From assembly GCA_963836235.1 (NCBI GenBank), contig CAWIIP010000004.1, forward strand, positions 480,001-544,000: 64,000 bases of DNA. The letters run 5' to 3'. The DNA is from an uncultured Pseudomonadota bacterium (GTDB lineage Bacteria > Oederibacteriota > Muellerivitia > Muellerivitales > Muellerivitaceae). Position 1 is the stretch's first letter. Each line of letters starts with the position of its first letter. The position numbers and the translations under genes were made by a program. Positions 37,710-47,100 of this stretch are shown in pieces. Below the pieces are notes generated by a model. The model searched no databases and was not told where the DNA came from. It saw only the letters and a list, made by a program, of their open reading frames with translations.

Positions 37710-38783
37710 TTGAGGATATTAATCACTGGGGGCGCGGGCTTCATCGGTTCCAACTTCGTCAGGCTTGCCCTGAAACAAGGGCACCAAGCGGTGGTGCTGG
37801 ATTTGCTGACTTACGCGGGGCATGAATCCACTCTGGACGATGTGAAAAAATCTCCTTCCTTTACCTTCATTAAAGGGGACGTGGCGGACCGGGAACAGGT
37901 TCGTGAGGTTTTCGAAAAGCACAAACCCGGAGCGGTGGTTCATTTCGCCGCCGAATCCCACGTGGACCGTTCCATCGAAAACCCCGGAAGCTTCCTGAGG
38001 ACCAACGTGATGGGAACTTTCGAGCTGATGGACGCGGCCCGGCGCCAGTCCGGGCTGCCCGATGGTTTTCGCTTCATCCTGGTTTCCACCGACGAGGTCT
38101 ACGGGGCCTTGGGAGCTACCGGAGCCTTCACCGAGAACAGCCCCTACGCTCCGAATTCGCCTTATTCGGCCAGTAAGGCCGGGGCGGATCTCCTGGCTCG
38201 GGCCTACCATGAGACTTTCAAATTTCCCGTCCTCATCACGAACTGCTCCAATAATTACGGTCCCTACCAGTTTCCAGAGAAGCTCATCCCCCTCATGCTC
38301 TTGAACGCTCTGGAAGCCAAGGACCTGCCGGTTTACGGCGATGGGGGACAGATTCGGGATTGGCTTTACGTGGAAGACCATTGCGAGGCCATCCTTCAGG
38401 TTTTAGACAAAGGCAAACCCGGCCTAAAGTATTTGATCGGCGGAAGATCCGAAATGACCAATCTGAACCTTTTGGACGCCCTTTTGGGACTTTTGGAGGA
38501 ACTGCGTCCCGCCAGCCAAAATCCGGCGATGAAGGCCCGTGGCCTTTCTCGATACGCGGAGTTAAAAAAATTCGTGGCGGACCGGCCAGGCCATGACCGC
38601 CGTTACGCCATTGACCCTTCTTTCACCGAAAAAGAAACGGGTTGGCGGCCCCGTTATTCCTTTCAGGAGGGCCTCCGGGCCACGGTGGAGTGGTATCTTT
38701 CCAACCGGGATTGGTGCACAAGGGTTCAAGCGAACAATTATGACCGGGGCCGGTTAGGCCTTACCAAAGGAGCCGAAAAATGA
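37710..38783 (+). CDS. rmlB: dTDP-glucose 4,6-dehydratase
   Basis: GGAGFIG, AAESHVDRS, STDEVYG, YSASK, DRPGHDRRY. Confidence 0.96.
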   Translation: MRILITGGAGFIGSNFVRLALKQGHQAVVLDLLTYAGHESTLDDVKKSPSFTFIKGDVADREQVREVFEKHKPGAVVHFAAESHVDRSIENPGSFLRTNVMGTFELMDAARRQSGLPDGFRFILVSTDEVYGALGATGAFTENSPYAPNSPYSASKAGADLLARAYHETFKFPVLITNCSNNYGPYQFPEKLIPLMLLNALEAKDLPVYGDGGQIRDWLYVEDHCEAILQVLDKGKPGLKYLIGGRSEMTNLNLLDALLGLLEELRPASQNPAMKARGLSRYAELKKFVADRPGHDRRYAIDPSFTEKETGWRPRYSFQEGLRATVEWYLSNRDWCTRVQANNYDRGRLGLTKGAEK

Positions 38784-39652
38784 GGGGAATTCTACTAGCG
38801 GGCGGGGCGGGGACCAGGCTTTACCCCATGACCCGCGTGATGTCCAAACAATTGATGCCGCTTTACGACAAGCCGATGGTTTATTACCCCCTGACCACCC
38901 TCTTATGGACGGGAGTTAAGGAAATTCTCATTATCACCACTCCCGAGGACCAAGCTTCCTTTAAACGGTTGCTGGGGGATGGTTCCTGGCTGGGGGTCCG
39001 CTTTCAATATGCCGTTCAGCCCGCGCCAAACGGGATCGCCCAGGCGCTCTTGATTGGCCGTGATTTTCTGGCGGGGGATTCTTGCGCGTTGGCTTTGGGC
39101 GACAACGTTTTTTATGGACATGGCCTTCCGGAAAATCTGAAGGAAGCCTCGGCCCAAACCGGGGGAGCGACAGTTTTCGGTTATTGGGTTAGGGACCCGG
39201 AGCGTTATGGCGTGTTGGAATTCTCCCCAGATGGAAGCGTGAAAGATATCTTGGAAAAACCGGCAAAGGCCCCATCGCCCTGGGCTGTCACAGGCCTTTA
39301 CCTTTATGATCCCACGGCCCCGGAAAGGGCAGCCCGGCAAAAGCCCTCCCCGAGGGGAGAACTGGAAATCACCGATCTTAATCGGGATTATTTGAGGGAC
39401 GGCAAGTTGAACGTGGTCAAGCTGGGCCGGGGAACAGCTTGGCTGGATTCGGGGACTCCCGAAGCCTTGTTGAAAGCGGGCATCTTCCTTCAGGCCATCG
39501 AGGAACGGCAAGGATTGAAGGTTTGTTGTCCTGAGGAAGTGGCTTACGGCTTGGGATTGATCGGTAAAAAAGAAATCCTCGAACAGGTCAAGGCGCTTGG
39601 ATCCAGTCCCTACGCCCTTTACCTCAAGGAACTTATCGAGAGGGATTTATGA
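38780..39652 (+). CDS. rmlA: Glucose-1-phosphate thymidylyltransferase
   Basis: LAGGAGTRLYP, SKQL, LGDN, RGELEIT. Confidence 0.96.
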   Translation: MRGILLAGGAGTRLYPMTRVMSKQLMPLYDKPMVYYPLTTLLWTGVKEILIITTPEDQASFKRLLGDGSWLGVRFQYAVQPAPNGIAQALLIGRDFLAGDSCALALGDNVFYGHGLPENLKEASAQTGGATVFGYWVRDPERYGVLEFSPDGSVKDILEKPAKAPSPWAVTGLYLYDPTAPERAARQKPSPRGELEITDLNRDYLRDGKLNVVKLGRGTAWLDSGTPEALLKAGIFLQAIEERQGLKVCCPEEVAYGLGLIGKKEILEQVKALGSSPYALYLKELIERDL

Positions 39653-40203
39653 GCCTTCTGATTGAAAAGACTCCACTGGAAGGGCTTTTGGTCATCAGCC
39701 CCAAAAGATTTCCGGACGACAGGGGTTATCTGGCCGAGACTTATCATTCGGAAAAATACCGGGAGGCGGGGATACTTTCCAACTTTGTCCAGGACAACCA
39801 ATCCTTATCCCGCCAGGACGTGTTGAGGGGGTTGCATGCCCAGGTCAAAAAACCCCAAGCCAAGCTGGTGCGGGTTTTGATGGGTGAAATCTTCGACGTG
39901 GCCGTGGATGCCCGGCCCGGGTCGCCCACTTATGGGAAATGGCATGGGGACTATCTCTCGGGCGAGAACCTGCGGCAGTTGTTCATTCCGGAAGGGTTTC
40001 TCCACGGATTTTGCGTGATTTCCGCAAACGCCCTTGTGCATTACAAATGCTCGGCTCTTTACGATTCCACGGATCCTTTTGGAGTCAAGTGGGATGATCC
40101 TGATTTGGGGGTGGAGTGGCCGGTTAAGGCGCCTATCGTTTCCGCCAAGGATATCCAAAACATGAGCTGGGCCGCGGCCCGCCGCGTTTTGGAATCCGCC
40201 TAG
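39649..40203 (+). CDS. rmlC: dTDP-4-dehydrorhamnose 3,5-epimerase
   Basis: DDRG, VQDN, LRGLH, HGF, WDDPDL. Confidence 0.95.
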   Translation: MSLLIEKTPLEGLLVISPKRFPDDRGYLAETYHSEKYREAGILSNFVQDNQSLSRQDVLRGLHAQVKKPQAKLVRVLMGEIFDVAVDARPGSPTYGKWHGDYLSGENLRQLFIPEGFLHGFCVISANALVHYKCSALYDSTDPFGVKWDDPDLGVEWPVKAPIVSAKDIQNMSWAAARRVLESA

Positions 40204-40221
40204 AATTTTAGGGGGTAAATT

Positions 40222-41076
40222 GTGCGGATCGCTTTGATCGGGGCGGGAGGAATGTTGGGCTCCCGAATGGCGACCCTCTTGAGGGTTTCGGGACACCAGG
40301 TCCTTTCTCCCGTCAGGAGCTTGTTGGATATCACTGACCCGGCGGGCCTGGAGACGTTTTTTAAGAACGAAACTTTTGATGGAATGGTCAATTGCTCGGC
40401 TTTTACGGCGGTGGATGCCTGCGAGGACCCCGCCCAATATCCTATCGCTTTAAAGGTGAATGCCCAGTCCGTGGGTGAAATGGCCAAACTTTCTCGAGAA
40501 AAAAAACGGTGGCTAGTGCATGTATCCACCGATTATGTTTTTGACGGGAAGGGGGAGAGACCCTGGCGGGAAGAAGACCCGATCCAACCCCTGAACGCCT
40601 ACGGCCAAACCAAGGCGGAGGGGGAAAGGCTGTTTCAGGAACAGGGTTGTCCTGGTTGGATTGTCCGCACCAGCTGGCTTTATGGCCCTCAGGGAAAACA
40701 TTTTGTCCGGACGATGGCGAAACTGATGAGGGAAAAAACGTCGGTAGAAGTCGTGGAGGACCAAATCGGGGGGCCCACTTATACGGGAGATTTGGCCCGC
40801 TTTATTCTGGATTTGGTGGAAGGGAAGCCAGCCAAAGGCGTCTATCATTTCGCCAATGAGGGTTACGTTTCCTGGCATGGGTTTGCCGATGCCATTCGGA
40901 AAGAGCTGGGTCTTTCTTGCGAGGTCAAGTCCATTCCTTCCAGCCGTTTTCCCCGGCCCGCCAAGCGGCCTTTCAATTCGAGGTTCGACCTTTCCAAGTC
41001 TAGAGCCGTGGCCCGAAACCCCTTCCGTCCTTGGCGGGAGGCCTTGAAGGATTATCTAGCAACCGAACCCTTGTGA
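40222..41076 (+). CDS. rmlD: dTDP-4-dehydrorhamnose reductase
   Basis: GAGGMLG, STDYVFDG, YGQTK, DQIGGPT. Confidence 0.95.
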   Translation: MRIALIGAGGMLGSRMATLLRVSGHQVLSPVRSLLDITDPAGLETFFKNETFDGMVNCSAFTAVDACEDPAQYPIALKVNAQSVGEMAKLSREKKRWLVHVSTDYVFDGKGERPWREEDPIQPLNAYGQTKAEGERLFQEQGCPGWIVRTSWLYGPQGKHFVRTMAKLMREKTSVEVVEDQIGGPTYTGDLARFILDLVEGKPAKGVYHFANEGYVSWHGFADAIRKELGLSCEVKSIPSSRFPRPAKRPFNSRFDLSKSRAVARNPFRPWREALKDYLATEPL

Positions 41077-41167
41077 TTCGCCCTTTCTGAAATTTATCCA
41101 TTTACCAAGGCCAGTCTTGGAATCTTTAGTTGATTCCATGGGATAGGGGAATTATTCTAAAACCACC

Positions 41168-42223
41168 TTGTATAAATTCTTCAAGCCGATCCTATTTTCC
41201 CTGGAACCCGAGGCCGCGCATCATTTGGCATTGGGTGTCCTGAAGCTTTCCAGGCCGTTTCTCCCTTTCTTTTCACCTTTTCTGCGGACCCGGGATGACC
41301 GGCTGGCCAAAACTCTTTTCGGCCTGAAATTCCCTAATCCCATCGGGTTGGCGGCGGGTTTGGACAAGAAGGGTGAACAGGTGGAGGTTTGGGAAAAGGT
41401 GGGATTCGGCTTTGCCGAACTGGGAACTTTTACCGCCAAACCCCAGCCAGGGAACGAGGGGCCCAGGGTTTTTCGCTATCCCGCTCAAGGGTCCCTCATC
41501 AACCGCATGGGTTTTCCCAATCCGGGCGCGGAAGCCGTTGCCAGAAACTTGAAAGCGGTGAGGGAAAGCGGAAGCTGGCCTTCCAGCCCGGTGGGGATCA
41601 ATATCGGCAAAAGCAAGGTGACGCCCCTGGAAGGAGCGGTCGAGGACTATTTGGAATCCTTGGAATTATTGAAGCCCTATGCCGACTATGTGGCGGTCAA
41701 CGTCAGTTCACCTAATACCCCCGGTTTAAGGAAACTTCAGGAGGCCAAACCACTCAAAAAACTTTTGACGGCATTGGTAAAAAAGGCGGGGAAAAAACCG
41801 GTTCTATTAAAGCTCTCGCCCGATTTGGGGGAAAAGCCTTTGCGGCAGGCGGCGGAGACGGCCTTGTCGGCCGGCTGCGCCGGGTTGATCGCCACCAATA
41901 CCACCCTTTCGCGGGAAGGATTGCCCCCGGGGGAATATCCCGAGGGAGGGATGTCGGGAAAACTTTTAAGGAAACAATCAACCCATGTGTTGAAAATCCT
42001 TTCCCGCTTCACAGGGGGCAAGGTGCCCCTCATCGCCGTCGGCGGCGTTTTTACGCCGGAGGATGTTAGGGATAAATTGGACGCGGGCGCCGGTCTGGTG
42101 CAAGTTTACACGGGGTATATTTATGAAGGGCCGGGACTGCCCTCAAGATTATGCCGGGGATTATTGAAAGAAACTCGAGTTGACCGCCAAGGCGCCAAGG
42201 CGCCAAGAAAACCTGGAAATTAA
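41168..42223 (+). CDS. pyrD: Quinone-dependent dihydroorotate dehydrogenase
   Basis: [32 protein letters not shown]. Confidence 0.95.
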   Translation: MYKFFKPILFSLEPEAAHHLALGVLKLSRPFLPFFSPFLRTRDDRLAKTLFGLKFPNPIGLAAGLDKKGEQVEVWEKVGFGFAELGTFTAKPQPGNEGPRVFRYPAQGSLINRMGFPNPGAEAVARNLKAVRESGSWPSSPVGINIGKSKVTPLEGAVEDYLESLELLKPYADYVAVNVSSPNTPGLRKLQEAKPLKKLLTALVKKAGKKPVLLKLSPDLGEKPLRQAAETALSAGCAGLIATNTTLSREGLPPGEYPEGGMSGKLLRKQSTHVLKILSRFTGGKVPLIAVGGVFTPEDVRDKLDAGAGLVQVYTGYIYEGPGLPSRLCRGLLKETRVDRQGAKAPRKPGN

Positions 42224-42314
42224 AGATGAAAAGAATTTCGTTCACTGCAAGCATGAACCCATTGTGGAAAATAAAAATCTTTTGCCGTTATTGGTGTTTT
42301 GGAACCTTGGTGGT
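42183..42314 (+). repeat. 24-nt imperfect inverted repeat built from 8-mer units, spanning the pyrD/rlpA junction
   Basis: 42183-42206 pairs with 42291-42314: 18 Watson-Crick pairs, 4 G-U pairs, 2 mismatches. Confidence 0.6.
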
Positions 42315-42768
42315 AATTTTTTCCTTTACTGGAGGGTGTGTGCCGATTCGGCAAGCCCTTCCCGGCTCTCGTGCGGGTGACCATCCTGCCGGAAGCGCCC
42401 CGCCAGCGGAGTATGAAAATCCGGACGATTTCAAGAACTTGGGTAAGGACGCTTGGAAAAACGAGATGGAAGGGATCGCATCCTGGTATGGCGAGGATTT
42501 CAACGGCCGATTGACCGCGAATGGGGAAGTCTACGACATGTACAAGTTCACGGCGGCCCATAAGACGCTTCCTCTTGGAACCGTAGTGAAGGTGACCAAC
42601 CTGGACAACGGAAAAACCGTCGAGGTGCGGATCAACGACAGGGGGCCCTACGTGAAAGGGCGGATCATCGATTTGTCCCGAACGGCAGGCCGGGCTATCG
42701 GTATGAGGGAAGCCGGAACAGCCCAAGTGAAATTAGAGGTGGTTCATTGGCCTGACGACAGCCATTAA
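42226..42768 (+). CDS. rlpA: Septal ring lytic transglycosylase RlpA-family lipoprotein
   Basis: Lipobox-like TGGC; [25 protein letters not shown]. Confidence 0.9.
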   Translation: MKRISFTASMNPLWKIKIFCRYWCFGTLVVIFSFTGGCVPIRQALPGSRAGDHPAGSAPPAEYENPDDFKNLGKDAWKNEMEGIASWYGEDFNGRLTANGEVYDMYKFTAAHKTLPLGTVVKVTNLDNGKTVEVRINDRGPYVKGRIIDLSRTAGRAIGMREAGTAQVKLEVVHWPDDSH

Positions 42769-43111
42769 GTGACCGGCATCCATCGCGCCCTTTTTCATTT
42801 TTGAGTTTTTTAATTCATATTCGGCTTCGGTGAGGCAGGCTTTACAGAAATGCCAGCTTTCCTTTTTAAAAATGCTTTTTTCCAACACGCCCTTGAGCTT
42901 ACATAAATCACATTCATGAAAATAGATTCGTCGGTTGCTGAAAACATTTTGGCTCCGGTGTTTTAATAGGAGCAATTTAATTTCGCGCTATTAAATATCT
43001 GTAACGGTTGACGTAACCTTTCGTTACAATGGGTCCCTAGATGGGGGTTGGGGCACGAAACCGGACAGCGTTTAGACGAAAAAGACACAGCGACAATCGG
43101 AACGGAAAAGA

Positions 43112-43933
43112 ATGGCCTTGTTTTCCGAAAAACTGAAAAAAGCGATCCGCCGCACTGGGGGATGCCTTTGCGTTGGGCTGGACGTGGATCCGGCGAAAAT
43201 GCCCAAGAACCTGCCCCATGACGGTGAGGGCGCCCTGAAGTTTTGCCGTTCCATTATCGAGGCCACCCGCGATTTGGCGGTGGCTTACAAGCCCAACATG
43301 GCTTTTTTTGAGTCCTTGGGGGTACAAGGTTTTGAGGTTCTGGAGCTTTTGCGCCAGTCCATTCCCCATGACGTCCTCTTCGTGATGGACGCCAAAAGGG
43401 GGGATATCGGCAATACTTCCCAAGCTTATGCCAAGGCTTTTTACGGCCTCCTGCAGTCGGATGGACTGACCCTTTCCCCCTATATGGGGAAGGATTCCAT
43501 TGAGCCCTTCTTGGAATATTCGGGAACCTGTTCTTTCGTCTTGTGCCTCACCTCTAATCCTTCCGCCGCCGACTTCCAGTTGCAAACCCTCCAAGGCGGG
43601 GAAAAACTTTACGAGAAGGTGGCCAAAACGGCGGTGGGATGGGCAGAGGGGAAGAAAGGGGAAATCGGCTTGGTGGTGGGCGCGACCCAAACTCAATACC
43701 TAAAAGACCTGCGCCTTTTGGCCCCCTCGACGACATTCCTGGTGCCGGGAGTTGGAACGCAAGGCGGCAACCTCCAGGCTGTTTTGAAAGAAGGAAGGAA
43801 TCAGGAAGGATTCGGAATACTGGTGAATGTTTCCCGGCAAATCCTGTATGCTTCCACCGAAAATGACTTTGCTGACGCGGCCCGGGAACAGGCCCAAAAG
43901 CTGGTTGTCGAGATGAAACCATACTTTAGTTGA
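43112..43933 (+). CDS. pyrF: Orotidine-5'-phosphate decarboxylase
   Basis: CVGLD, YKPN, DAKRGDIGNT, LVPGVGTQGG. Confidence 0.95.
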   Translation: MALFSEKLKKAIRRTGGCLCVGLDVDPAKMPKNLPHDGEGALKFCRSIIEATRDLAVAYKPNMAFFESLGVQGFEVLELLRQSIPHDVLFVMDAKRGDIGNTSQAYAKAFYGLLQSDGLTLSPYMGKDSIEPFLEYSGTCSFVLCLTSNPSAADFQLQTLQGGEKLYEKVAKTAVGWAEGKKGEIGLVVGATQTQYLKDLRLLAPSTTFLVPGVGTQGGNLQAVLKEGRNQEGFGILVNVSRQILYASTENDFADAAREQAQKLVVEMKPYFS

Positions 43934-43978
43934 GAGTTGTTGTGCTTTCGTCTTCAGCCGAAAACCAGATACTGACCG

Positions 43979-44572
43979 ATGAGGGGTTTGATGACCAATG
44001 AGGAAGTACTCAAAATTTACGAGGAAACCGGAGCCCTTCTCAAGGGGCATTTCCGCCTGTCGTCCGGGCGCCATAGCGACCGCTATCTCCAATCCGCCCT
44101 GGTTCTTCAATATCCCTGGCATGCCGAAAAACTTTGCCAGGCGCTTTCGGAAAAAGTGAAGGTTTTAACCCCCCAGGCGATCCTATCACCGGCTATGGGA
44201 GGGCTTTTCGTGGGCCATGAGCTGGCCCGGGCTTTGAAGGTGAGGTCCATCTTTACCGAACGAAATAAAGAAACAGATGCCATGGAACTGCGGCGCGGAT
44301 TTACGGTTGGAAAAGGGGAGAGGATATTCGCGGTGGAGGATATCATCACTACCGGGAAGTCCGTCAAGGAGTCCTACCAGGTGGTTCGGGCCTTGGGGGC
44401 CGAGGTGGTGGGAGTGGGGTGCCTGATCGACCGAAGCGGTGGGGAAAACGCCTTTGACGTTCCCGTGAAATCCTTGACGTCGATGAAAGTGGAAAGCTGG
44501 GAAGAAAAAGATTGCCCCATGTGCAAGCAGGGTTTGCCGGTGGTGAAACCGGGGTCGAGAGCCAAGTTTTGA
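43979..44572 (+). CDS. pyrE: Orotate phosphoribosyltransferase
   Basis: GHFRLSSGRHS, VEDIITTG; start may be ATG at 43991. Confidence 0.95.
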   Translation: MRGLMTNEEVLKIYEETGALLKGHFRLSSGRHSDRYLQSALVLQYPWHAEKLCQALSEKVKVLTPQAILSPAMGGLFVGHELARALKVRSIFTERNKETDAMELRRGFTVGKGERIFAVEDIITTGKSVKESYQVVRALGAEVVGVGCLIDRSGGENAFDVPVKSLTSMKVESWEEKDCPMCKQGLPVVKPGSRAKF

Positions 44573-44674
44573 TGGATAGGTTTTAAGTGGATGAAGAATA
44601 CGATCTGAAGGCTTAATTGAAATGAGGCCTGGCGTAGAACTCAAATGTAAAAGCTTAAAACGAGTCTGGGGAAC

Positions 44675-44944
44675 ATGATCGAGAACAAGCAGGGTTCGAA
44701 AAAAGTTGAAAAGCGGCTATCCGCATTCGAAGAATATTTCTATGCCAACCTTCTCTTTTGGGGTTTTTTGGTGGCCCTGGCCATCATTAGTTTTTTTGTT
44801 TGCGGCGCCGTTTGGGATGATGTCACCTCCGGGGTGATGGAGTTTATTTTCGTCATCCTGGGCGGTGGATTCACTTTGGTTTCGGCGATGGATTATATCT
44901 ATGAGAAATATTACGGTCATCCCTCAGGAGAGATGAAGAAATGA
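44675..44944 (+). CDS. Small two-TM hypothetical membrane protein
   Basis: 89 aa with two hydrophobic helices; ATGA overlap with the next gene. Confidence 0.65.
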   Translation: MIENKQGSKKVEKRLSAFEEYFYANLLFWGFLVALAIISFFVCGAVWDDVTSGVMEFIFVILGGGFTLVSAMDYIYEKYYGHPSGEMKK

Positions 44945-45951
44945 AAAACTTCGCGCGGAATTTATTGGTCCTCTTTTTAGCCTCCCTTCTTGTTTTAAGC
45001 CCCCGGATGGTTCAAGTGGTATTGGCCCAGGAAGATACGGATTCGGCTTCGCCGGAAGAAGTTCAGACGCTTCAAGGCTTGGCGAAAAATGGTTATGTGG
45101 GAGATAAAAAAGATTTTTATCTATCGGCCAAGGGGCTGACGGAGGACGATGTCACGGACGCACTGTTGAAAATAGACGACCAGCTTTCGCAGGTGGATTT
45201 AAAAACCCTTCAACCCGGGGATAAAAACTATCAAGTGGACGACCTGAAGGCCCTTTTGACGCTGATCAAGGAAAAGTCGGAGGATATCCGCACGCGCAAG
45301 ATGTCGGCGTGGAAATTCGAAAAACGGGTCGAAAGGATGATCGCCGCCCTCACCCCGGCTTCCGCCGACCCGACGCCCGAAGTGACCGCCCTCCCCTCGC
45401 CCCAGCCGACCGAATTACCCATGCCAACTCCCACGGCCACGCCTATCCCTGGCCCATCACGGGAGGAATGGAACCAGATGAAGGGGGATGTGAAGGACCT
45501 GGCCCAAAAAACATCCAGCCTCCAGGGCGACTATGATAAAAAAATCCAGTCCCTTCAGACAATTGAGGATGATGTGGCGAAAAGCAACGGTGAACTCAAA
45601 ATCACGGACGCCGATCTTCAGGAACAATTGAAATTGGTGAAAAAACTTCTGGACCAAGTTCAGGATAACCTCAGCAAAACGGGCGATCGTTTGGACCAAG
45701 TGGCTCAAAAGGCCAATGAAAAGGCCATTACGGACACCGAATTGGAACAGGAGTTAACCATCCTGCATAAGGATTTGAGGGATAATTCTCAGGATGTGAC
45801 GATTCTGAAGGAAGAAGTGGCTAAACTGGATAAGACAAACGCCGAACAGGGCCAAAATCCCTTGGACCAGTTCTTGAATTCCAAGTGGCTGGCGGGTGGG
45901 GCCCTGGCCGTTGGACTGGCCGCACTGGTTGTTTCATTGACTCGAAAATAA
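44941..45951 (+). CDS. Exported coiled-coil protein with Pro/Thr linker and C-terminal TM anchor
   Basis: N-terminal signal, PTPTATPIP linker, heptad-rich region, C-terminal WLAGGALAVGLAALVVSLTRK. Confidence 0.7.
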   Translation: MKNFARNLLVLFLASLLVLSPRMVQVVLAQEDTDSASPEEVQTLQGLAKNGYVGDKKDFYLSAKGLTEDDVTDALLKIDDQLSQVDLKTLQPGDKNYQVDDLKALLTLIKEKSEDIRTRKMSAWKFEKRVERMIAALTPASADPTPEVTALPSPQPTELPMPTPTATPIPGPSREEWNQMKGDVKDLAQKTSSLQGDYDKKIQSLQTIEDDVAKSNGELKITDADLQEQLKLVKKLLDQVQDNLSKTGDRLDQVAQKANEKAITDTELEQELTILHKDLRDNSQDVTILKEEVAKLDKTNAEQGQNPLDQFLNSKWLAGGALAVGLAALVVSLTRK

Positions 45952-45964
45952 TCAAGGAGGCCTT

Positions 45965-46624
45965 ATGTTTATTGGTCATTACGCGGTGGGGTTGGCGGCT
46001 AAAAAGTGGGCTCCGAAAGCGTCCTTGGGAACTTTAGTGGCCGCGGCCATTTGGCTCGATCTCGTTTGGCCCCTGTTCCTTTTGTTGGACTTGGAACATT
46101 TCCGCATCCTTCAGGGAATCACCCAAATGGTCCCCTTCGATTTTTACGATTATCCCTTGAGCCATAGCCTGTTCATGGCTCTGGCTTGGTCCGCTTTCCT
46201 TGGATTGGCCTATCTCATAGCCGAAAAAGATACCAGGGGATCTTGGGTGATTGGCGCCCTGGTCTTGAGCCATTGGTTTTTAGACTTGATCGTCCATCGG
46301 CAAGATCTTCCTTTGTGGCCGGGAGACCCCAGCGGAATCCAAAAGTTTGGATTCGGCCTTTGGAATCACGCATGGGCGGCTATTCCCCTGGAAGTCGCTC
46401 TTTTCGCCGCGGGTCTTTGGCTTTACCAGAAATCCACAAAAGCTTTGGATGAGGTTGGCGACATGAGTTTTTGGATTTTCGGCGCTGTTTTAGTGATTTT
46501 CTTTTTTGTCGATCTCAAAACGACACCGTCTTCAAATCCCTATATTGTTTCACTCATGGGTTTCAGCCAGCTTTTGTTCGTAGCTTGGGCCTATTGGATC
46601 GATGATCACCGTAAGAACGGTTAA
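45965..46624 (+). CDS. Membrane-bound metal-dependent hydrolase-like protein
   Basis: MFIGH, SHSL, SHWFLDLIVH motifs; GGAGG RBS. Confidence 0.75.
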   Translation: MFIGHYAVGLAAKKWAPKASLGTLVAAAIWLDLVWPLFLLLDLEHFRILQGITQMVPFDFYDYPLSHSLFMALAWSAFLGLAYLIAEKDTRGSWVIGALVLSHWFLDLIVHRQDLPLWPGDPSGIQKFGFGLWNHAWAAIPLEVALFAAGLWLYQKSTKALDEVGDMSFWIFGAVLVIFFFVDLKTTPSSNPYIVSLMGFSQLLFVAWAYWIDDHRKNG

Positions 46625-46758
46625 CTTTCTCCCATTTGGCTTTTAGGCTTTTTTATTAGGAATGTTAAAAAACCGTATAAAACCGCAAAATATCTAACGT
46701 TTGGGGCCTGATGGGGCTTTTTCCATTCCCTTTAATTAAAGAAAACAAGGCTTTTTCA

Positions 46759-46773
46759 TGGCATGGGAAATGC
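46759..46773 (+). promoter_or_regulatory. Possible sigma54 -24/-12 promoter
   Basis: TGGCAT-GGGAA-ATGC with GG-N10-GC spacing, inside the palindrome ATGGCAT-N5-ATGCCAT. Confidence 0.45.
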
Positions 46774-46811
46774 CATTGGAATGGGGAATCATTCTCTAAC
46801 GGGGGATTTTG

Positions 46812-46982
46812 GTGAAGAAGCAACTAGTTTTTTTAACTCTTATTATTTTACTGGCCTTGCCATTGGCTTGTCAGAACCGTGCTTTTAATGAGCCAATTAG
46901 TCCCGTTGCCGCGCCTACTCCCACGCCCACCCCGGTCTGGAGTTATCAGACCGCCGTTCCCGCTGCGACCCCAACTCCTTAA
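46812..46982 (+). CDS. Small 56-aa Pro/Thr-rich lipoprotein (absent from the ORF track)
   Basis: GTG start after GGGGGA; MKKQLVFLTLIILLALPLA-C-QNRAFNEPISPVAAPTPTPTPVWSYQTAVPAATPTP. Confidence 0.75.
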   Translation: MKKQLVFLTLIILLALPLACQNRAFNEPISPVAAPTPTPTPVWSYQTAVPAATPTP

Positions 46983-47100
46983 CCGGAACCGCTTTCGATA
47001 ACCGTCCTGTTGAAGGTCACGAAAAATCGTCCAGTCTTTTCAAATTATGAAAGTGATCGAAAAGCATTCAGCGGAACTATCATGCACAGGTCGAAGGTTC

